Source of the DNA: an uncultured Atribacterota bacterium | GTDB lineage: Bacteria; Atribacterota; Phoenicimicrobiia; Phoenicimicrobiales; Stramentimicrobiaceae | NCBI GenBank assembly: GCA_964560535.1 | Contig: CAZLMD010000003.1 | Location: 1-48,856, forward strand | Reading direction: 5' to 3' | DNA length: 48,856 nt | Part shown: piece after piece, positions 31,030 through 39,459 of the stretch | Numbering within the stretch: the first letter of the stretch is position 1 | How the letters are laid out: every line of letters starts with the position of its first letter | Notes under the pieces: generated by a model | What the model was told of the DNA's origin: nothing | Databases searched by the model: none | What the model saw: only the letters and a program-made list of their open reading frames with translations | Made by a program: the position numbers and the translations under genes

Positions 31030-31476
31030 CTATGATAGTAGCGGAATATCATTTAAATGGTTATTTTTTAATAAATCAATAACCTGATAACAAGCCTTTA
31101 ATACTGGTTTACTCAAATTTTCCCCCATCTCCGTTGAAAGCGGTTGTATGCCGATTAATACAATTTTTTGACAGTAGGGAGATAGATATTCAATTAAGTA
31201 GGACAGAGACATGTAATGAGTAGAAAACTGTAAAGTAACGATTTTTTCTAACGGGATCAGCCTTATACTGCCAGCAGGAAGATCCATTTCTACACTATCA
31301 ACAATTACCAATAGTTCCGGACAGTCTTTCTTCACAACTGAAGTAAAATTTTCGGGGGCTGTTCTACCATCTAAAACATTCCAGTTATCATGTTTAAAAG
31401 TCTTAGCAATAAAGGAACCAGCTCCATCATCTGTTCTCAAGGAATTACCAATTCCTAAAAGTAAATATTTTGACAT
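31030..31476 (-). CDS. Hydrogenase maturation endopeptidase (HycI/HybD family)
   Basis: 148 aa and the only clear minus-strand gene. N-terminal LLGIGNSLRTDDGAG, plus the conserved Asp (IVDSVE) and His (FSTHYMS) metal ligands. Confidence 0.85.
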   Translation of the reverse strand: MSKYLLLGIGNSLRTDDGAGSFIAKTFKHDNWNVLDGRTAPENFTSVVKKDCPELLVIVDSVEMDLPAGSIRLIPLEKIVTLQFSTHYMSLSYLIEYLSPYCQKIVLIGIQPLSTEMGENLSKPVLKACYQVIDLLKNNHLNDIPLLS

Positions 31477-32021
31477 TAAGAATATTTCTCATTTACAAAA
31501 ATTCTGTACATTTTGTTTTGTTTCAAAATACATATATTGTTTATTATTATGTTATTATATAATAAGTAAGTATGTTTTACCAGAATGTTAGTATAATGGT
31601 TTTGGCAAAGTAGATTTTCAGCATATATCTTGATGAAAATATGTCTTAAACGGTAATGGCATCATAAAATACAGATTCTTATTAATATATGTAATTATAA
31701 TTTATAAAATGTATAAAAATATTGAATCAATATACAAAGAGTTGCAAAATTGTACTATAATATTGAATAGATATACTGTTATTTTTTATCAATCTTAAAT
31801 ACTAGCCTAACCATATTATGGTTGTTCCATGTTTTAATAACTCATACCATTGCAACTTAATTTTTATAATATGTAAACAGAGACAGTTTTTATTTAAATA
31901 AGGATATATTTAAAAAATTATTCTTAACATATCATATTGTAAAATACATCCAAAGAGCCAGAACCTTTAAATAATTCAGGGATAATTTTTTTATCACTTT
32001 ATAAAAAGGAGTATAATACCT

Positions 32022-32678
32022 TTGAGAAGAACAAGGCGAATTTATAAAAGAAAAACCAGAAGCAATATGGAGACACTCATTATATTAATTGGTGCTATAG
32101 TTATTCTATCTGTAGCTTTTTATATGGCAAGAGAGAAAAGTTACCTGCCTCCTCAGGAGCCGGAATCGGAAGTTCAAACTCAAACTATTTTAGAAGAAGA
32201 GGTTGCTGAAGTAAAAGAAGAAAAATCAGAAGAGACCATTCAGTCTATTGCAAAGATACAGGAAGTTTCGCCTGATGAAAAACAGGCTGATATTGAAAGC
32301 ACATTACCACCGGAACCGGTGACAGTAGCTGCTCCCAGCATACCAAAAGAAGAGCCTGTTAAGGTAGAAAGTGAAGTAATAGCTGAAAAACCTGTATCAG
32401 TACCACCCAAACAAGACACAGCCCCTGTTGTAAGTCAGAGTCCTGCATCAACTCAGCCTGGTTCTGCTTATACTGTGCAAGTTGGTTATTTTTCTAATGA
32501 AGCTAATGCAAGAAGTCTGGCTAAAGAGATTGAGAATAGAGGATTTCAAACCTTTGTTATCAAGCACAATAATGCTTTTAAAGTACAGGTAGGTGCTTAT
32601 TCTGTTAGGGCACAAGCGGAAGAAGCCTCCCGGCAATTAAAGAATCTGGGTTACGAAATATGGCTGACAGAAAGATAA
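32022..32678 (+). CDS. SPOR domain-containing membrane protein
   Basis: 218 aa with a basic N-terminus and one TM helix, an E/P/V/K-rich linker, and a C-terminal SPOR-like repeat (YTVQVGYFSNEANARSLA...FKVQVGAYSVRAQAE). Confidence 0.75.
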   Translation: MRRTRRIYKRKTRSNMETLIILIGAIVILSVAFYMAREKSYLPPQEPESEVQTQTILEEEVAEVKEEKSEETIQSIAKIQEVSPDEKQADIESTLPPEPVTVAAPSIPKEEPVKVESEVIAEKPVSVPPKQDTAPVVSQSPASTQPGSAYTVQVGYFSNEANARSLAKEIENRGFQTFVIKHNNAFKVQVGAYSVRAQAEEASRQLKNLGYEIWLTER

Positions 32679-32808
32679 AATATTTTCAGATATAAAGAAA
32701 TCTACATATTAGATTATAGAAAGGTTAGTTGATACTAAAATTAATAAAAAATATATTCCTCAAGCTACAATTGATCGTCTTTCTATATACCATAGAACAT
32801 TAGAGTCT

Positions 32809-33375
32809 ATGATTGAAGAGAATAAAATAAATAAACACGCTACTATCTCCTCATCAACATTTTCGGATATTACCGGCATTAGTTCACATCAGATTAGAAA
32901 AGACCTCTCTTATTTTGGTAAATTTGGTAAAAGAGGGGTTGGTTATCCTGTATTTAAGTTAGTTCTCAAATTAAAAAAGATCTTAAAATCAAATCAAAAA
33001 TGGGACCTAATCCTGGTTGGTGTAGGTAATTTAGGAAATGCCTTTCTTCGTTATGAAGGATTTTCAAAAAGGGGTTTTAGGATAAAAGCTCTATTTGATA
33101 ATGACAAACTGAAGGTGGGGAAAATAGTAGAGAATATAACCATAAAACATATTGGAGAATTAGAAGATTTTTTAAAAGGAGAACATGTAAAAATTGGTAT
33201 TATAACAGTACCTTCCCCGCACGCTCAGAATGTAGCAGATATAATGATTGCTGGAGGCGTAAAGTCAATACTGAATTTTGCACCGATCAGTATTAAACAT
33301 CCAGCAGGAGTATCTATTAAGCACATTGACCTCGCCATAGAATTAGAAAAATTAGTATACTATTTGCCAAACTAG
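32809..33375 (+). CDS. rex: Redox-sensing transcriptional repressor Rex (minimal ORF; the true N-terminus lies upstream, see finding)
   Basis: RKDLSYFGKFGKRGVGY, Rossmann motif LVGVGNLGNA, and C-terminal HIDLAIELEKLVYY. The in-frame sequence upstream of 32809 encodes the conserved KKYIPQATIDRLSIYHRTL wing-helix segment but has no canonical start codon. Confidence 0.9.
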   Translation: MIEENKINKHATISSSTFSDITGISSHQIRKDLSYFGKFGKRGVGYPVFKLVLKLKKILKSNQKWDLILVGVGNLGNAFLRYEGFSKRGFRIKALFDNDKLKVGKIVENITIKHIGELEDFLKGEHVKIGIITVPSPHAQNVADIMIAGGVKSILNFAPISIKHPAGVSIKHIDLAIELEKLVYYLPN

Positions 33376-33477
33376 CAGATATTTATAGATATTATAATTC
33401 ATAATTTTATACAAATTTAAAAGCAAAGAATAATAAAAATAATTTACAAGAAACCTCAGTGATTGGTCGATATTAAG

Positions 33478-33506
33478 TTGACATATTTCAATAGCTATGA
33501 TAGAAT
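33478..33506 (+). promoter_or_regulatory. Sigma70-type promoter of the sensor-module/FDH operon
   Basis: -35 TTGACA (33478-33483), a 17-nt spacer ending in TG (extended -10), and -10 TAGAAT (33501-33506). Confidence 0.6.
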
Positions 33507-33511
33507 ATTTT

Positions 33512-33545
33512 GGTATGTATTGTGAAATATTTCACAATACATACC
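33512..33545. promoter_or_regulatory. Rex operator inside a perfect 34-bp palindrome
   Basis: GGTATGTATTGTGAAAT|ATTTCACAATACATACC is a perfect inverted repeat. Its core TTGTGAA-ATAT-TTCACAA (33520-33537) matches the Rex consensus TTGTGAAnnnnTTCACAA exactly. It starts 6 nt after the -10 element. Confidence 0.8.
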
Positions 33546-33744
33546 AGGGGTAATTATTTGCCTCTATACATGAGCTAAAAACATGGATTTTGTCATAAAA
33601 GACTAAATTTCCGAAAGGATAAAAAGCGTAAATCCTGAATGGAATAAGCTATCGTAGCATTCTGGATGCTTTCCAGTAAAATTGTTAATTTAATTTTCGA
33701 ATGCAACTGAACATTTTAAAAAACTAATATTAGGAGAAACTATT

Positions 33745-34095
33745 GTGAAGATAAAAGAGATTGTTGCTGTTTTAGATGCCGAGCTTATTACCGGAGAAGA
33801 GTTACTGGAAAAAGAAATAGATCAGTTTGCTGCAAGTGATCTCCTTAGCGATGTGCTTGCTCTTGCTAAGGATAATTTTCTGTTGTTAACAGGCCTAACC
33901 TCTCAACAGGTAGTTAGAACCACAGAGATTGCTGGAGGAGTGGGGGTAGTTTTTGTAAGAGGCAAGGCTCCCGAACAGGATGCTATTGGACTTGCCCGTT
34001 CTCACCATATCCCGTTATTAATGACTAACAAAACAATGTTTGAGGCATGTCGGGCTATTGCTGAAGCACTTCTTATAGAGAGAAAGAAGAAATGA
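33745..34095 (+). CDS. DRTGG domain-containing protein
   Basis: 116 aa with GTG start after AGGAGA. Pattern resembles stand-alone DRTGG-type proteins (SDLLSDVLA...LLLTGLTSQQVVRTTEIAGGVGVVFVRG...IPLLMT). Confidence 0.65.
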   Translation: MKIKEIVAVLDAELITGEELLEKEIDQFAASDLLSDVLALAKDNFLLLTGLTSQQVVRTTEIAGGVGVVFVRGKAPEQDAIGLARSHHIPLLMTNKTMFEACRAIAEALLIERKKK

Positions 34096-35024
34096 CTATA
34101 TTGCTTTCAAAACAAAAACTTACTATAGCCAATGAATTAATCTATGAATTGAAAGTGAAGGATGCTATGACCAAAGAGGTTATTAGTTTTGGTGAAAATG
34201 CTACCTTTAGAGAGATTAAAGATTCTTTAAAAGAGAATAAGATTTCCGGAGTACCCATTTTAGATGAGCAGGAAAATATAGTAGGTATTATTAGTATTGA
34301 TAATGTCATTAATGCATTAGATGACAACATTGTTGATGATCGAGTAAAGGAACACATGACCAAGGAGGTAATAACTATTCCTCAAAACTTCTCTCTGGTT
34401 TCTGCAATAAAAAAGCTAGAAAAGCATAGAATTGGCCGTTTACCAGTTATCAAAAATTCTAGCTCTACTAAAATAACCGGTATTCTAACTATGGGTGACA
34501 TTCTGAACAAGCTACTATTCAGTATCCAGACAATTGCTGAGAGGTGTGAGCAGAGAGAGTGGCAAAACAAAGAATTCTCCAATCAATTATTTGAAGAGGC
34601 TAAAGAGCAAACATTACGTTTAGAGGTTAAAAGGTCAGATTTTGATAATGCAGGCAGAGCGTCCAGTATCATTAGAAAATATTTACAGAAATTAAATATA
34701 GATAAACCAATTATCAGAAGGGTTGCCATAATCTGTTATGAGGCAGAGATCAATATCAGCATTCATTCACTGGGAGGATACCTTGCCTTACAGGTAGACC
34801 AAAACAGTATTACTATTACAGCAGTAGATTATGGTCCAGGCATTCCAGATGTAGAAGCTGCAATGAAGCCAGGCTATACTACTGCCTCTGAACAGATCAG
34901 GGCATTAGGATTCGGGGCAGGAATGGGATTAGCGAACATTAAAAAGTGTGCCGATCATCTGGAAATAGAATCATCTATGAAAACGGGAACCATTTTAAAA
35001 GCAGTTATCCATTTAGGAGGATAG
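34092..35024 (+). CDS. Tandem-CBS domain protein fused to a GHKL (SpoIIAB/RsbW-like) ATPase domain
   Basis: 310 aa. Two CBS repeats (VKDAMTKEVISF...GVPILDEQENIVGIIS and VKEHMTKEVITI...GRLPVIKN...ITGILT). The C-terminal half has N-box EAEINISIHS, G1 DYGPGI and G2 GFGAGMGLANI. Confidence 0.7.
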   Translation: MTILLSKQKLTIANELIYELKVKDAMTKEVISFGENATFREIKDSLKENKISGVPILDEQENIVGIISIDNVINALDDNIVDDRVKEHMTKEVITIPQNFSLVSAIKKLEKHRIGRLPVIKNSSSTKITGILTMGDILNKLLFSIQTIAERCEQREWQNKEFSNQLFEEAKEQTLRLEVKRSDFDNAGRASSIIRKYLQKLNIDKPIIRRVAIICYEAEINISIHSLGGYLALQVDQNSITITAVDYGPGIPDVEAAMKPGYTTASEQIRALGFGAGMGLANIKKCADHLEIESSMKTGTILKAVIHLGG

Positions 35025-35026
35025 AT

Positions 35027-35365
35027 ATGAAATTAAGCAAGTTAATAGAGCAAAGTTCTATTGAAAAAGTTGTATTTTGTTCAGATGAAGATATTAAGGC
35101 CGGTTATTGCGGGGATTTAATGTCAGATGTGATTGCTAATGCCAGTAATGAGGCAATATGGATTACTGTCCAGGCCCATAAAAATAGTATTGCAGTTGCA
35201 TTAATTAAAGACATAAAAGCAATTGTGTTTACTAACAATGTAGAGATAAATGAGGAATTAATTGAAAAAGCAGAAGAAGAAAATATTAACTTGTTTAAAA
35301 GTAAAGAAAATTCCTTTCAAGTCAGTGGATTGATATACAAATTGCTGGAGGATGATCAAGATTAA
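35027..35365 (+). CDS. DRTGG domain-containing protein (second copy)
   Basis: 112 aa from ATG 35027, after AGGAGG. The longer ORF from 34946 would overlap the previous gene. Layout is similar to the first DRTGG protein (GDLMSDVIA...IWITVQAHKNSIAVALIKDIKAIVFT). Confidence 0.6.
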   Translation: MKLSKLIEQSSIEKVVFCSDEDIKAGYCGDLMSDVIANASNEAIWITVQAHKNSIAVALIKDIKAIVFTNNVEINEELIEKAEEENINLFKSKENSFQVSGLIYKLLEDDQD

Positions 35366-36086
35366 AATTGATTTACATATTCATTCATCTTTGTCTGCCT
35401 GTGGAGAGAACATCATGTCTCCACAAAGAATATTAAAAAAAGCAGAACAAAGTGGATTAAACCTTATTTCTATAACTGACCATAACGCTGTTGCTCATTC
35501 TATTTTAATTAATAAAATAAAAAAAACGAGCCCTGTCAATATTATTTTGGGAGTCGAGTTAACTACTAGAGAAGAGGTCCACTTGCTGGGTTACTTCCCT
35601 GACGAATACAGCATAATGGAGATGGATAAAAAGATTGATGAGTATCTCCCTAAAATGAAGAATAGGGCATCTTTTTTTGGTGATCAACTGATTTATGACC
35701 AAAAAGGAGAGATTATAGAAATAGACTACCTGTTAAGACAGAATGCTTTGCAAATAGGTTTAGATGAGCTGGTTGAGCTTATCCACTGTTTGGGTGGTCT
35801 GGCAATACCTGCCCATATTAACAGAGACTATTGCAGTATAAAGAGCCAGATAGGGTTTTTAGATCCAGAAAGTGATTTTGATGCAGTTGAATTGTCCAGG
35901 TTTGAATGGATAGAAAAGAGATACAAAGCAGGAGATTTATTAGAAGGATTTCCAGTTATCAGTGGATCAGACAGCCATTTTTTAGAAGATATTGGAACTT
36001 TTTATTTTGAATTATATGATGACAATTGTATAACAGACTTTACTTCATTAAAAAAATATTTGAGAGGGATAAAAGATAAAAATTGA
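35352..36086 (+). CDS. PHP-family metal-dependent phosphoesterase
   Basis: 244 aa. PHP motifs are in order: DLHIHSSLSACG, ISITDHN, GVELTT, HLLGYF, PAHINR, SGSDSH. Confidence 0.75.
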   Translation: MIKIKIDLHIHSSLSACGENIMSPQRILKKAEQSGLNLISITDHNAVAHSILINKIKKTSPVNIILGVELTTREEVHLLGYFPDEYSIMEMDKKIDEYLPKMKNRASFFGDQLIYDQKGEIIEIDYLLRQNALQIGLDELVELIHCLGGLAIPAHINRDYCSIKSQIGFLDPESDFDAVELSRFEWIEKRYKAGDLLEGFPVISGSDSHFLEDIGTFYFELYDDNCITDFTSLKKYLRGIKDKN

Positions 36087-36607
36087 AAGATTTAGCAGAC
36101 CATCTTTTTGATATCTTAGAAAACTCGATAAATGCTGAGGCAAGTGAAGTAACCATGAAGATAGCTCATAACAGAAGCTATTTTTTTTGTTCTATAACAG
36201 ATAATGGAAAAGGAATTAGCGGTCAGGAAGTATTGGACCCCTTTGTTACATCCAGAAAGACCAGGAGGGTAGGATTGGGATTGCCTTTGTTGAAAAAAGC
36301 TGTAGAGGATACGGGAGGGTATTTAAATATTAGAAGAATAGGTGAAAAAGGAGGTACAGACCTCCAATTTAAAATGTACCTATCTCATATTGATGCCAAA
36401 CCTTTAGGGGACTTACCCAGATTTTTTTCCGATATCTTTTATGCCTGGCCTGAAATTGCTTTCAAGTTATTTGTTATAAAGGAAGATGTTGAAACACTCA
36501 TTTTAGACTACCAGGAGTTGCATGATGAAGTTGACAATGGATTTAAGGATTATATAGGTATAAGAAAATATATTTATGAGATTATCCAAAAAGAATTTAA
36601 TTTATAA
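36083..36607 (+). CDS. Minimal GHKL-type ATP-binding protein (no HisKA/DHp domain)
   Basis: 174 aa with TTG start overlapping the upstream stop. N-box LENSINAEA, G1 DNGKGI, G2 GLGLPLL. Confidence 0.65.
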   Translation: MKDLADHLFDILENSINAEASEVTMKIAHNRSYFFCSITDNGKGISGQEVLDPFVTSRKTRRVGLGLPLLKKAVEDTGGYLNIRRIGEKGGTDLQFKMYLSHIDAKPLGDLPRFFSDIFYAWPEIAFKLFVIKEDVETLILDYQELHDEVDNGFKDYIGIRKYIYEIIQKEFNL

Positions 36608-36654
36608 TCAACAAATAATTTTAAAATTAATATTCAGGGAGGGAGTAGGAATAT

Positions 36655-37029
36655 ATGAAAAATGTTGAAGAACTAAAAAAAATGAGAGAACAGGTCAAAA
36701 AAGACCTGCGATTGAGGTCTGGAAAGCACCGCATCAAAATTGTAGTAGGGATGGGAAGCTGTGGAATTGCTGCTGGTGCAAGAGATGTAATGAATGAGTT
36801 TGTGACCCTGATAGAAAACAGCAAAAGGTCAGATATTATAGTAACTGCATCAGGCTGTTTTGGTTTTTGTGCTCAAGAACCTATGATACATGTATATGTA
36901 GAAGAGAATAGGCCGATAACCTACAGAAATGTTGATCTGGAAGCTGCCAGATTAATTTTTGATGAACATGTCTTAAACAATAAGGTAGTAGAACAATATC
37001 TATTTTCAAAGGGGAAAGAGAATGAATAA
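36655..37029 (+). CDS. Thioredoxin-like [2Fe-2S] ferredoxin
   Basis: 124 aa. Cys pattern GMGSCGIAAG ... SGCFGFCAQEP is typical of the thioredoxin-fold [2Fe-2S] module found with NuoEF-type hydrogenases and FDHs. Confidence 0.7.
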   Translation: MKNVEELKKMREQVKKDLRLRSGKHRIKIVVGMGSCGIAAGARDVMNEFVTLIENSKRSDIIVTASGCFGFCAQEPMIHVYVEENRPITYRNVDLEAARLIFDEHVLNNKVVEQYLFSKGKENE

Positions 37030-37519
37030 AACAGCTACTGTTAAAAATGAAGAACAGATGATAGAAGAGAAGTTCCAGCAATTAAGAGAGTTTATTAGTG
37101 AAAATAAAGAGAAAAAAGGGTTTTTAATTCCTGTCCTTTATAAGGCACAGTCCCTTTTTGGCTATTTACCTCCAGATGTTCTAAAGACAATTGCCGAAGA
37201 GATGAATATATCAATTAGTGAAGTATTTGGGGTTGCAACATTCTATTCGTACTTTAAAACTGAACCTGTTGGTCGACATACTATAACAGTATGCATGGGA
37301 ACGGCTTGCTATGTTAAAGGGGCACAAAAAATACTTGAGGAATTACAAAATATACTAGATATAAAAGAAGGCGGAACTACAAAAGATTTAAGATTTACTC
37401 TGAATAGTCAGCCTTGCTTTGGTTCATGCGGGATGGCTCCTGTTATAATGATTAACCAGGATGTTCATGGTCGGTTAACTTCCGATAGTTTAAGCGCAAT
37501 ATTAGAAAAATATAAATAG
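37022..37519 (+). CDS. NuoE-like [2Fe-2S] subunit (HydC/FdsG-like)
   Basis: 165 aa with NuoE Cys motifs CMGTACYVKG and CFGSCGMAPV. Confidence 0.88.
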   Translation: MNKTATVKNEEQMIEEKFQQLREFISENKEKKGFLIPVLYKAQSLFGYLPPDVLKTIAEEMNISISEVFGVATFYSYFKTEPVGRHTITVCMGTACYVKGAQKILEELQNILDIKEGGTTKDLRFTLNSQPCFGSCGMAPVIMINQDVHGRLTSDSLSAILEKYK

Positions 37520-37541
37520 TTAAATAAGGAGTAGTTTAGTT

Positions 37542-39335
37542 ATGGAAAATATAAGAACTCAGCTTCTTTTGTGTCAAGGAACCGCCTGTATGTCTAACGG
37601 AGCAACAAGTGTTAAAAAAGCATTTGAAATTGCACTCAAAGAGGCAAACCTGCATAAAGAAGTGAAAATAATTACCACTGGTTGTATGGGTATCTGTGAG
37701 TTGGGGCCAATCATGGTAGTCTATCCTGATGGAGTGTTCTACCAGCAATTAAAACCGGAAGATGCCCGGGAAATAGTACAGGAACACATTTTAAAAGGAA
37801 GGGTGGTTCAGCGTCTATTTTATAAAAAACCAGAAACAGAAGAATTAGTTAGTATGGTAGACAATATTGATTTTTATAAGCTGCAGAAAAGAATTGCTCG
37901 TAGAAATTGTGGAATTATTGATGTCAATACCATTGATGACTATATCGGTGCTGATGGATTTATGGGTTTAGCCAAAGTATTGACAGAGATGACTCCTGAA
38001 GAGGTTATTGAAGAAATTAAAAAATCTGGCTTGAGAGGAAGGGGTGGCGCAGGCTTCCCAACCGGTTTAAAATGGAGTTTTGCTGCAAAAGCCCCCGGTG
38101 AACAAAAATATGTTTTATGTAATGCTGATGAAGGGGATCCGGGTGCATTTATGGATCGAAGTATGCTGGAAGGTGATGCATATAGTGTTTTAGAGGCTAT
38201 GATAATTGCAGGCTATGCCATTGGGTCAAGTCAGGGATATATATATGTTAGAGCAGAATATCCACTTGCTATAGAAAGACTGAATATAGCAGTGGCTGAA
38301 ATGAGAAAATACGAATTGCTGGGCAAAAACATCCTAGGCTCTGGATTTGACTTTGATTTAGAAATAAGAATGGGAGCAGGTGCTTTTGTTTGTGGTGAAG
38401 AGACTGCCTTAATACACTCTCTTGAAGGAAAGAGAGGAGAACCCAGACCCAGACCACCTTTTCCTGCTAATAAGGGCTTGTTTGGTTGCCCAACAGTTTT
38501 AAATAATGTAGAGACACTTGCTAATATACCCTATATCATTCTATATGGTGCAGACAAGTTCGCTTCTGTCGGTACCGAAAAGAGTAAAGGGACTAAAATA
38601 TTTTCTTTAGCTGGAAATATATACAACACCGGATTGATCGAAGTACCCATTGGAATTTCCCTGCATGATATTGTTTATAAGATTGGTGGGGGTATTCCAA
38701 ATAATAAAAAATTTAAAGCCGTTCAAATTGGAGGACCTTCAGGTGGGTGTATCCCTATTCAGCATTTAGATGCCAAGGTTGACTATGAATCACTAAAAGA
38801 ATTAGGTGCTATTATGGGCTCAGGTGGGCTGGTGGTTATGGATGAGGATACCTGCATGGTCGATATTGCCCGTTACTTCATGGAATTCATTCAGAATGAA
38901 TCATGTGGTAAATGTACCCCCTGCAGGGAAGGTACCAGGGTAATGTTAGAAATACTGACCAGAATATGTGAGGGGAACGGTACGATGGAAGATCTGGAAA
39001 TTCTTGAAGAATTGGCACCAAGTATTCAATCTACGTCCCTTTGTGCTTTAGGACAAACTGCACCCAACCCGGTATTAACAACGCTCAGGTATTTCAGGGA
39101 AGAGTATATTGAACATATCAAGGATAAGAAGTGTAGAGCGGGCCGTTGTCAGGCACTTTTAGGATATGAAATAGATCCTGACAAATGCACCGGTTGTACC
39201 GTTTGTGCAAAAAAATGTCCTGTTGGTGCGATTACAGGAGAAAGAAAGCAGCCACATGTTATAGATCAAGATATGTGTATAAAATGTGATGCATGTTACC
39301 AGGCATGTAAATTTGATGCAATAATGAAGCATTAA
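37542..39335 (+). CDS. NuoF-like NAD(P)H-binding flavoprotein subunit with extra Fe-S domains (HydB/HylB-like)
   Basis: 597 aa. It has an N-terminal thioredoxin-like [2Fe-2S] (CQGTACMSNG...TGCMGICELGP) and FMN/NADH core motifs GRGGAGFPTGLKW and ESCGKCTPCREG. The C-terminus carries 2x[4Fe-4S] (CTGCTVCAKKCP, CIKCDACYQACK). Confidence 0.9.
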   Translation: MENIRTQLLLCQGTACMSNGATSVKKAFEIALKEANLHKEVKIITTGCMGICELGPIMVVYPDGVFYQQLKPEDAREIVQEHILKGRVVQRLFYKKPETEELVSMVDNIDFYKLQKRIARRNCGIIDVNTIDDYIGADGFMGLAKVLTEMTPEEVIEEIKKSGLRGRGGAGFPTGLKWSFAAKAPGEQKYVLCNADEGDPGAFMDRSMLEGDAYSVLEAMIIAGYAIGSSQGYIYVRAEYPLAIERLNIAVAEMRKYELLGKNILGSGFDFDLEIRMGAGAFVCGEETALIHSLEGKRGEPRPRPPFPANKGLFGCPTVLNNVETLANIPYIILYGADKFASVGTEKSKGTKIFSLAGNIYNTGLIEVPIGISLHDIVYKIGGGIPNNKKFKAVQIGGPSGGCIPIQHLDAKVDYESLKELGAIMGSGGLVVMDEDTCMVDIARYFMEFIQNESCGKCTPCREGTRVMLEILTRICEGNGTMEDLEILEELAPSIQSTSLCALGQTAPNPVLTTLRYFREEYIEHIKDKKCRAGRCQALLGYEIDPDKCTGCTVCAKKCPVGAITGERKQPHVIDQDMCIKCDACYQACKFDAIMKH

Positions 39336-39459
39336 AAATATTAAAATGCTATTAATTTATAGTATATTCTACTGATAAATAGATTATAGATCAGGAGTTT
39401 ATAGAAAGGATAAAAATAAAAACAAAATGAAAGCCACAGAAGAAATAAAAAAGGAAAAA

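Noticed and set aside
34946-35026. Upstream extension of the second DRTGG ORF (longest-ORF start at 34946).
   Set aside because: It would overlap the end of the CBS-GHKL gene by 79 nt. ATG 35027 is preceded by AGGAGG at a good spacing, and the homologous region begins there.
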